A stretch of 64,000 bases of DNA from Octopus vulgaris. Its lineage: Eukaryota. The position numbers and the translations under genes are program-made. The notes under the pieces were generated by a model. It was given only the letters and a program-made list of their open reading frames with translations. It ran no database searches and was not told the origin of the DNA. Every line of letters begins with the position of its first letter. Position 1 is the stretch's first letter. Below are positions 53,430 through 64,000 of the stretch, piece by piece. The DNA lies in contig OX597826.1 in assembly GCA_951406725.2 (NCBI GenBank), positions 80,290,001 to 80,354,000 of the forward strand, given 5' to 3'.

Positions 53430-54400
53430 TCAGGTAGAATGATATTTCAATAGTTCAAAAAATTGCTGTCATTTAGTAAATATTTCTGATCTAGCATTTA
53501 GAAAATTTCTGTGTGGGTAAGAAGCTTATTTCCCCCACTATGTCGTCTTGGTTTCTGTCCCATTGCAGAGCACCCTGGGCGAGTACTTTTCACTCTAATC
53601 CCAGGTCGAGTAAAATTTTGTGAATGGATTTGGTAGGAAGAAACTGAAAGAAACCCGCCGCGTATTTGTGTGTCTTTGTGTTTGTGTTTGTCCTCCAACA
53701 CCTCTTGGCAACTAATGTTGGCTTCTTCCCTGTATTATAGCAATTCTATATTTAAAAAAAAAAGAGAGAGAGAGAGACTGATAGAATAAATACAAAAGTC
53801 TAATGTGTACTGGGGTCGATTGTTTGACTAAACCATTCAAGGGAGTGCCACGACATGCCGGCCGTGCAAGTTTTTTCCCCAAGTCAATTTCAGTCAAATA
53901 GCGTGCTCTTTCAAATTCCAGACATTATTTGATAGCTTTGTTGTACCTATCTTTTCTATATTTCTGAAAGGCTACATGGGGTGAAAGTATCATTATTTAA
54001 ATTTACTTTCCGTCACACCTGTAAAGAGTTTATGCACGATATTAAGATTTGATGAGTTAGAGGTGACTTCTATTTCATAAAGAACCCCTAAAGTGTTGCA
54101 TGATTTATTAAAGGTTGGGGGTGGCATGAGTTCAAGTTCCAACATTTGTAGTTAACACCATTTAGTTTATTTGATTATCATCTTTTGTCTTTGGTGTTAG
54201 AAATACAGCTGTAATTTAATTTAAGGTTATTTCTAGTAAATAGTTCTCGGTGATGGTGGGTGATTAGGTAATACTTATCTTTTAAAATTGAGAAGCTTTT
54301 AGTAATATTTTATGATACGTTGAATGGGAACCGAGGCAAAGGTTTTACAATATTCTGGCGATTCGTTTGCTTAATCCGTAAAGTTGCAACAAAAGCAGCT
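53430..54400 (-). mobile_element. Decayed Penelope ORF C-terminus (linker plus GIY-YIG), interrupted by a family B SINE (~53510-53880, +)
   Basis: HRELFTRNNLKLNYSC, LFTGVTESKFK, TKLSNNVWNLKE and LNARSEI match PLE motifs KIFNRNTVKVSYSC, YIGxTExxFKxR, TELSKYIWxLK and LNKRSE. Confidence 0.75.
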
Positions 54401-54749
54401 TACAATTCAAAGTAGAGGCCATCGTGTGGCACTGTCCGAAGTCACTTTTCTCCCAGTTCTTTGATCCAAGCGGATACCAATTCTTGTCCTTCGAAGCGAA
54501 GAACTTTACTGTTCCGATCCATGGTTCACTTCCTGCGTTTGCGATGTTTCATCAACTAAGAGAAGGTGAAAACTTTAGTGACTGGTGCCCAATGTGAGGT
54601 CAAAAAAACGGGCAGAAAAATGACTTTAAACGGCGCAACACAAATGGCCTCTCTACTATGGATGCGAGACTTCTTTTCGCGTAATTTGATGATTAAAGAA
54701 AATAAGTTTCCAAAAATTTGCAAAACTTTGATATACATATATGTATGTA

Positions 54750-54955
54750 TATAAAGTTAATCCAAACAATAAAACACAAAAAAAAACACAACAACGCGAG
54801 GACGTGGAACAAATATAGTATTATTGGACGCTCAGGAAAGGGAAGAGGAGGGTTTAACGTTTCGAGAGGAGCTCTTCGTCGGAAACATAGGAGAAGGAAA
54901 GATCCAGAGAAGGGAAGACTGAGGGAAAAATCGCCAACGGTACACACGAGGTCAC
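54750..54955 (-). mobile_element. Penelope-like terminal fragment with minimal hammerhead-like motif (54852-54886)
   Basis: - strand GTTT-CCGACGA-A-GAGC-TCC-TCTC-GAAAC-GTT-AAAC; flanked by (TA)-rich tracts. Confidence 0.7.
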
Positions 54956-55227
54956 ATATATATATATATATATATACACATATGTATGTATGTATATATA
55001 TATGTATATATATGTGTGTTTATATACGCACGCGCGTGCACACACACACACACGTGCACAATATGAAGTAGATGTTATGCATTGTTGCAACGAAAACGCT
55101 ACGTTAGCGCACTACATTCAAACACACATATTTCTACACCTAAGCACAAGTTTGAATGATGCTCACCAAAACAATCAGCCTCGTACACACGTTGTCCCCC
55201 TCTCGCTCTCATATACTTGCATATATG

Positions 55228-55283
<56 letters not shown>

Positions 55284-55358
55284 CAGACATATGTGTGCGT
55301 ATAAGTCTATACACTTATATAGCGAGCGACAGGGTAGATAGATAAATAGAGAGAGGGA

Positions 55359-55397
<39 letters not shown>

Positions 55398-55554
55398 TGT
55401 GTGTGAGAGAGAGAGAGAGAGAATATAGACTGCTTTTCTTACGCACACTCATGCGCACAGCCTCAACATGCAAATACAGGGAAGATTAACGTATAAGCGA
55501 GAAACGGACAGACACAAATGTACACAAATGCACATACGATATTCCAACACACAC

Positions 55555-55592
<38 letters not shown>

Positions 55593-56006
55593 ACACACGC
55601 ACGCACACACACAGGCCTGTGCACATTCCAAGATTTGTTCGTTAATTAGAAATGGCAGGTGAGTCAGTTTCGACACGTACAAGTAGAATTTGTGCACAAA
55701 CACAGACACACAAAAACACACTCACAGACACAAACATACAGATACGCAAAAAAGATACACAAACACGCACACACACACACACACACATTCACAAACACAG
55801 ATGCACACACACACATACACTCATGTACACACACAGACACACTCAAGTAAGCTTCCATTATGTCGTGTAACTGTAATGTTTGCACTCAAATTCATGAACA
55901 CAAACACAAACACGCACATTTGTATACACTCACAAACAAGCATTACATTTTTCAACCGCTACAACTACAACTGCTACTACTACTACTACTTCTACTACTA
56001 CTACTA

Positions 56007-56047
<41 letters not shown>

Positions 56048-56160
56048 CACACACACACAAACGCCCGCACACACACACACGCAAACATACAGACGCTAAC
56101 AAGCGAACGACTACAGATTTTCATGTAGAAACAACCCTACATACATGCATACGCGGACAC

Positions 56161-56203
<43 letters not shown>

Positions 56204-56574
56204 TACACACACACATACATACATACATACACACACACATACATACATACATACATACATACATACATACATACATACATACATACATACATACATACAT
56301 ACATACATACATACATACACAAGCATTAACGTTGCACTGAGACACACACACTCGCAGGCTAGCGAACAAGACTATAAATGGTCGTTCAACTTTGCTAGAA
56401 ATGGAAGAAAACTTTCTCTCAAATCCCACCCGATAATCTGAAAAACTCAAATATTCATAAGATAATATAAGCCGGCATATGGCGCTTACAGACTAGGTGG
56501 ACAAGGCCAAAAGACCTTGAATCACAGTTCTGCTTATGTTGGTCTCAGCGGTTACATTTCTTTTAAAATTCATT

Positions 56575-56990
56575 ATTTTCTACTCTAGGCACAAGGCCCG
56601 AAACTTTGAGAGAGGGCCAGTCAATTAGATCGACCCCAGTACGCAACTGGTACTTAATTTATCGACCCCGAAAAGATGAAAGGCAAAGTCGACCTCGACG
56701 GAATTTGAACTCAGAACGTAAAGACAGACGAAATACCGCTATGCATTTTGCTCCGCATGGTAACCTTTCTGCCAGCTTGCTGCCTTTTCTTTGAAACTTA
56801 TTGTAAATACACGTCCTACGTATATCCATTGGTAAGAAGTTTCAGTGGTAAGAAGTTTGATCCACACCCACATGGTTCCATGTTCATTCCCACTGCGTGG
56901 CACCTTGTGCAAATGCGTTCTGCTATAGTCTCGGGCCGACCAAAGCCTTGTGAGTGGATTTGGTAGACAGAAGCTGTAAGAAACCCGTCC
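56575..56990. mobile_element. SINE family A (-) 56575-56787 and 5' half of family B (+) ~56840-56990
   Basis: Matches to the full copies elsewhere in the window. Confidence 0.85.
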
Positions 56991-57657
56991 CCGGGCCTAT
57001 GCGAATACATAGGTGTTTCCTTTATTTTTAACGAACGGGGGAACATAACAGACGAGTGTAATAGTTTGTTTTGGCTATCCCAAACTGAGAGCTGCTGACT
57101 CAGACAAAACGTACTTTATGTTTATATTGCTGCATGTGTTAAACACCGTATTTGTATGTGTATGTATTTGCGCATGCGTGTGCTGGTATGTGTGTGTGAG
57201 TGTGTGCGGTGGCGGGTGGATGCTAGTGTACGCATGACTCCGTCGGTTAAAGCAAGACAAATGTTGTTTCAAGATGGTAAGTGAAACATTCGATAAAATA
57301 TAAAACGGTAAAATATATAGCAGATTGAAACGAGTCGTGAGGTCGCTGTGACCGAGCAAATTCTTCTAAACATGGTCCTTAGCAAGGCTGTAGTTCTATG
57401 GCTAAAAGTAACAAAAAAAGAAATTCTTCATCGAAATATGTTTGTGCTTCTATCACAATTTATTTTACAAGTCTACATTAATATGCAACCTACGCATTGC
57501 ACAGAACAACTGTATGTTTACAAATCAGAGCATCGGGGCATTAGTATTATAGGTGCATCTGTATGTATATTTATCTGACCACATAATCATATACATCTAA
57601 GCGCGCATGCGCACGCACGCACACACACACACACACACACATACACACACACACACA

Positions 57658-57765
57658 TACGCAAGTTGTGCTGGAAGTTTCCTGGCTGTGGGTAAAAGAA
57701 AACAGAGGAGAATCAGTCAATTATGATTTTATTCAACATATTCCCCTTCTCAGATTCACATACGA
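57658..57765 (-). mobile_element. 3' terminus of another mariner family
   Basis: - strand ends ..GGGGAATATGTTGAATAA (GEYVE*) followed by a TIR-like end and TA. Confidence 0.6.
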
Positions 57766-57932
57766 TTTGCTCGACTAAAGGCGATACTCCAGCATGGCCG
57801 CAGTCAAATGATTGAAACATGTAAAAGAGTAGAAGAGAGAGAGAGGGTATATATAAGCGAAAATAATCTCTTTCTCTCTGTCTTTCTCTGTCTCTCTATC
57901 TATCTCCCTCTCTACCTCTCTCTTTCTCTCTC

Positions 57933-57978
<46 letters not shown>

Positions 57979-58199
57979 GTATGTATATATGTGTGTGTAT
58001 GTGTGGATGTGTGGATGTATATAAACACACGCTGACACAAGCCAAGCGTCATACAGAGAGAGAGAGGGAGAGAAGGAGGGAGGAAACGAAGGAGGGAGGA
58101 GGTAGAGAGAGAAAAAGAGAAAAATGATATGTTTGTATCCTTATCTCTATTTTATATTTCATACTTTGGCTAATAGTACAGAGTAAAAGAAAGCACCAT

Positions 58200-59060
58200 A
58201 ATATTATATTGTTCATAATACTGTTCATTGAATGCATATTTTCTTATATAATTACTGTTCCAGTTTACAGCATTCCAGAATTCTCCTCGGGTCTGTCTAG
58301 TGGAGCAAATACCTCTTTCCTTGGTGTTCATCAATTTGGTTCAACGTAGTATCGACTTCGACTTCGTTTTGACGTACCGGAGGGTTGTGGACGGATTACC
58401 AATTTTTCTGATTGTTACATTTAGGCTGGTGTAATAGTTTTACTGAGGTTTGGAAGGAATAAGATTTAAGTACCGGTCTTTGAAACTGCCTTCAGACATC
58501 CCAATATATGATCTAGATAGTTGTATTTCTTGTGAGACTATCAACACATATTAAATCAATGATTCGGTTTTGTATAAATTATTCAATTGTCATAACCCTT
58601 TTATTCTGACAGTTGCACTTAGTTTAACAGAGTTGTTTGGATAACTCTTCTTAAACCACCTAAGCCCAAGAGTCCTGCAAATTTACGTCAAGGGACATAA
58701 CTCAATATTGCGTGTCATTGAATTTGATACTGTCGTTCCTACTAAACCAGCGTCTCCAGATATTCTCAGTAATAGTAATACTATCGTATTATTGTATAAA
58801 TCCTATCTCGTGTTAGTTACCCTCTATTTAGTTTCCTTCTCTTTCTTTTTGTTTTTTGTGTAGTAGACGTAAGTATTTATTGTTCAATATAAATCATACG
58901 ATGAGAGTTCGGATTCAGTTAAAATATAGTATTTTGATAAATGGATTTACGTAAAGCATTGAATGAAAGGTAAAATCTAATTACAAGTAAGTATCCTTAT
59001 ACCAATGATTATCATTTCCAGCGTCTATGACGCGTGACTCGATATCTTTATATCTATTCA
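58200..59060 (-). mobile_element. Decayed Penelope GIY-YIG region
   Basis: SYIGMSEGSFKDRY motif at ~58465-58525; weak upstream Cys/linker similarity. Confidence 0.6.
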
Positions 59061-60098
59061 GTACATTTATTGACAATATTTACAAATTATTTGTGAATTT
59101 ATATTGTTTTCCAAAATTATGCATAAATGTATAAACTAGAGAGGGGAAGAGAAAGAGAGAGAGAGAGAAGGAAAAAGCGACTGAGAGAGGGGGAGCTACA
59201 GGGGTTCGATATTGGTGACATGAACTTTACTGTCCCTGGCAAACGAAACAATTTCAATTTATTAAGCAAATATAAGGAACATTGATGAGAAAGATATATA
59301 CATATATACACATATATATACATATATACACATACATATACATGTTGATATGTATGTGTATATTTGTACGTACGTACGCATGTATGTATCGATGTTTGTG
59401 CCATTTTCATGTAAAAACAATTTCTAAGTAAAGACAGTCAGGAGTCGTCCACCGCGACAGTGTATGGCTTTTGTGCCGTGTACCGTGCTCTTGCTTGACT
59501 GTTTTGGGTGCTGACTGAGTTGCAAACAAGCATGCACGATCTCTCAGCCACATTAAACTTCCCCCGAGAAACAGCTAATGTCAAGCAGATGGGAGAGGTG
59601 GAGGCACAGAGGCACAAATATTTGCTGGGACTCATTAGAGTTGAGCAGACTGGAGCAGAATAAAACCTAATGAATGACTCAAAGGCACAGCTTGATAAAA
59701 AAAACTGAAATTTAGATTCATGAGGGAACAAATGAAAAGTCAGGCTGTGCTTCTTCACACTGACATTAATATATGCAATTATATATATGTGTGTGCGTGT
59801 GAGTGTGTGCGTGTGAGTATGTTTGTGTTTATGGGAACGCGTATGAATATATGTATATGTGTGTGTGTAAATATATATATATATACACACACATACATAT
59901 ATATATAAATGTATGTATATATATATATGCATATATATATATATATATATGTACACACATATATACATATGTATATACATATATGTATATATACGTATAT
60001 ATGTATATATATATATATATACGTTATATACGTATATATATATATGTGTGTGTGTGTATGTATGTGTGTGTGTTTGCATATATATTTATATATATATA

Positions 60099-60466
60099 CT
60101 AGCAGTATCGCCCGGCGTTGCTCAGGTTTGTAAGGGAAATAACTATAAAGCATTTTTAGAGAGTTATAGCCAAAAAATAGCAAAAAAATGGAAAAAAATT
60201 ATGGTAAATTTTTTTTGAGAGTAAAAAAGGTTGATTGCGTCCCCTAGACAGTCTGTGGTTTGTTTTTGATTCTCGACCCCATGTCGAATTTATCGATTTT
60301 TAGAACTGGGGTTAACTTTTCAAAATTTTCGCTGCGTTAGTTTTGAATTATGACATTGGGCTATGTGTGTGTTTCATCAGAATCGTTGAAAGCCGTGGTC
60401 AGGGTGAGGTACGAGAAAACAGACACACAGAAACACGCACAGACAAACTGCCGTTTATATATAGAG

Positions 60467-60467
<1 letters not shown>
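60099..60467 (-). mobile_element. Non-autonomous Helitron (~370 bp)
   Basis: - strand starts A|TCTCTATATATAAACGGCAG, has subterminal hairpin CCTGAGCAACGCCGGG and ends CTAG|T; no TSD. Confidence 0.85.
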
Positions 60468-60534
<67 letters not shown>

Positions 60535-60729
60535 TGTGTATGCATGTATATATAATTCCAAGAAAGTTAGAGGTTGTGAATCCAACCAACTAAGGGATAA
60601 TATCTATCCAATCTACCGCTGGTAGAATACCCAATTATTAATACACAAGTGTCCGTTTATTGCATGGCAATTACATTAACGAGTGTAATAAATGGGTGAA
60701 GGTAAAGAGTTATTTTACCATTAATTTAT

Positions 60730-60799
60730 AGAGCAATAAGAAAATGGAAGGGACCAATAGGTGGCATTCATCAACTTTTAGACATTATATTATGTCTAT

Positions 60800-60834
<35 letters not shown>

Positions 60835-61119
60835 TATGACAATTACTACAATATACATACATGTATAACATATTATGCTTTACATATAGAATATATAAAG
60901 ATACCAGTAATTATTCCCAGTTTCTATTCCTGTATGTTATATATTTTAATAATTACTGGTATCTTTATATATATTATATATGTAAAGCATAATATGTCAT
61001 ACATGTATGTATATTGTAGTAATTGTCCTTTTAGTAAATAAATAAATAAACTGACATAATATAATGTCTAAAAGTTGATGAACGCCACCTATTGGTCCCC
61101 TCCATTTTCTTATTGCTCT
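60730..61119. repeat. Long inverted repeat (arms 60730-60915 and 60948-61119)
   Basis: AGAGCAATAAGAAAATGGAAGGGACCAATAGGTGGC.. versus ..GCCACCTATTGGTCCCCTCCATTTTCTTATTGCTCT; ~32-nt spacer. Confidence 0.92.
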
Positions 61120-61122
61120 CTC

Positions 61123-61200
<78 letters not shown>

Positions 61201-61201
<1 letters not shown>

Positions 61202-61978
61202 TAGAAGAAATTGGAAACGCGAATGGTAGGCAGTCAAACAGATTCCCGAACACATAAATGAAGATATCCAATCAACGTAATTGACTCGTATATATTTATA
61301 CACATTAACATAAATCATGCGTGTAGAGGCGTGAAGATTCTCCAAGGGTATAAAGAATAAAACCAAACATACACAAAAATATAGAAGAAATACAATAAAA
61401 ACTATGAAAATACATATAAAATCGTATATAAATAAAGATTACATGTAAAGAGTTATGCGCAATATTTATAGGAGGCGCAAAACAAATGAGAGGTTGATAA
61501 ATATTGGAATAAAAACGTCAACCTTCAAAATGGCAAACCGCCAAAATCGTCTAAAAATTCCTTATAAATCTAGGATACAAGATATCAAGGATAATAACAA
61601 TAAATAAAATAGGATCCGAATATAGGAGGGTGTTCCATCTACGGCCGTTTCAGAGGTACATTACCGGTCATGGCTAAAAGTTAAATACTCCATGTATGCA
61701 ATGTCCCCATCATCAGGTTGATGTACTCCTTGCTGGCATAAATCTTTACATGTAATCTTTATATGTAATTTTATATGTATTTTCATAGTTTTTATTGTAT
61801 TTCTTCTATATTTTTATGTATCTTTGGTTTTATTCTTTATACCCTTGGAGAATCTTCACGCCTCTACATGCGGGATTTATACTGATGTATATAAATATAT
61901 ATGGTTGGATATCTTCATTGATGCGTTCTGGAATCTGCTTGACTGCCCAAGATTTGCGTTTTCAATTACCTATACTAC
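61201..61978. repeat. Long inverted repeat (arms ~61201-61458 and ~61736-61978) enclosing a hammerhead motif
   Basis: GTAGAGGCGTGAAGATTCTCCAAGGGTATAAAGAATAAAACCAAA versus its reverse complement at ~61824-61868. Confidence 0.92.
61636..61723 (-). ncRNA. Type I hammerhead ribozyme motif with intact core
   Basis: CATCAAC-CTGATGA-TGGGGACATTGC..GTAATGTACCTCT-GAAAC-GGCC-GTA-GATG; ~11-bp stem II, palindromic ACGGCCGT stem III, imperfect stem I. Confidence 0.7.
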
Positions 61979-62068
61979 GTATTTTTTTTGTATTGGCTCT
62001 CTATAAGCACTCCGTAAATAACTCATGCTTTCTGTATCATACTTCATGTTATATATATGGTATATATG

Positions 62069-62113
<45 letters not shown>

Positions 62114-62174
62114 CACACAAGTATATATAAATACATATGTATACTTAAACATGCACACACACACACATATATAT

Positions 62175-62372
62175 ATGTTTGTGTGCCGGTGTTTGTTGTC
62201 CCACCATCGCTTGACAATGGTGGCTGGTGCGTTTACGTTGCCGTAACTTAGCGGTTCGGCAAAAGATAGAATAAGCACTAGGCTTACAAAGAGTAAGTCT
62301 TGGGGTCAATTTGTTCAACTAAAGGCGGTGGTCCAACGTGGTCGCAGTCAAATGACTGAAATAAATAAAAGA
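62175..62372 (+). mobile_element. SINE family B, 3' half
   Basis: CCACCATCGCTTGACAA..TAACTTAGCGGTTCGGCAAAAGA..TGACTGAAA. Confidence 0.85.
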
Positions 62373-62403
<31 letters not shown>

Positions 62404-62404
62404 C

Positions 62405-62765
<361 letters not shown>

Positions 62766-62846
62766 TTATATATATATATTTATACATATATATATTTATA
62801 TATATAATAAATACACACACATATATGTGTGTATGTATATATATAT

Positions 62847-62901
<55 letters not shown>

Positions 62902-63568
62902 GATATATATGTTTGGATGTCTGTATACGTATATATATATATATACACATATATGTATGTATGTATGTATATACATGCATATATACTTATACACAAGCCC
63001 AAACATTTACACAATTGCCTATCTGTAAATATGTGCGTGAAACAGACGCATTTAGCCTTCATTTATAACATGTCAGAAAAACAGGCTTCCGTTCTGTTTC
63101 CGAACATTAGGCTGATATCTAAGCCGTGGGTACTTTACCGTGATATATAATTATCTATTGTGTACTCGCAGTGAACTCTTTATTGCAGCACTTGAAACGT
63201 ACTTCGTCGAAATCTTACGTGGTTGTATACGTGTTTATTCATAACTAACTACATATATATATATATATACATACATGCATATATTATATATTTTTATATG
63301 CATACATACATACATACATACATACATACATACATACATACATACATACATACATGTGTGTGAATATACGGATGTATACGTGTGTATTTATGATTGTATA
63401 TTTGAATCGACGTTCTAATACGCACATGAGTATATATGTGTGTGTATGTATGTGTGTGTGTTCGTGCTTGTATGCTCGTATGTGTAGATAAATATGCATC
63501 ACGTTTTCACATATATTAGACACGCACATGTAAGCTAATGTATATAAAATACATAATGCCTGTATATA

Positions 63569-63600
<32 letters not shown>

Positions 63601-64000
63601 CACATATATATACATATATATATTATATATACATATATAATATATATGTATATGTTTATATGTACATGTGACTGTATATATTTATGGATAAGTATAAATA
63701 GTAACGGATATATGTATATATGCACATAAGTTTACACACACACACACACACGTACATATACATGTGTGTGTATGTGTGTGCGTGTGTGTGCGTGCGTGTG
63801 TGTGCGTGTGTGTGTGTGTATTATGAGAGATATTGCTTCATGTTCATATTTATTCAGATGCCTATGAATGAAAATGAATATAAAAATGTTTGTGTGTGTG
63901 TACGTGTGTGCGCGTATGTATGTGTGTATGTGTGCGTTTCTGTGTGTGTACACACACACACAGAAACGCACACACATGCTCGAAAACATGCACAACATTC

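Overview
AT-rich eukaryotic non-coding DNA, most likely from an Octopus (coleoid cephalopod) genome; this is inferred from recalled SINE families and the extreme microsatellite load. I found no host protein-coding exon, and nearly all listed ORFs are translations of (TA)n/(TG)n/(TATG)n/(AAT)n tracts. The window is a mosaic of microsatellites and at least four tRNA-derived SINE families. It also holds a full-length dead mariner (28150-29436), a fold-back mariner derivative (1464-2304), hAT-type MITEs, a non-autonomous Helitron, and decayed R4/Dong, Tx1, CR1-type, RTE, Gypsy and Penelope (PLE) retroelements. Most notable: (1) several hammerhead-ribozyme-like motifs in PLE-type terminal fragments, some inside long inverted repeats and with non-canonical cores; (2) an (AAT)n array at 21.6-24.2 kb holding four retroelement 3' ends; (3) an unexplained ~50-nt fixed-spacing motif found three times at 36-38 kb; (4) an unexplained diverged ~330-bp tandem duplication at 26.4-27.0 kb. 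Coordinates of decayed elements are approximate and all alignments were made by eye.
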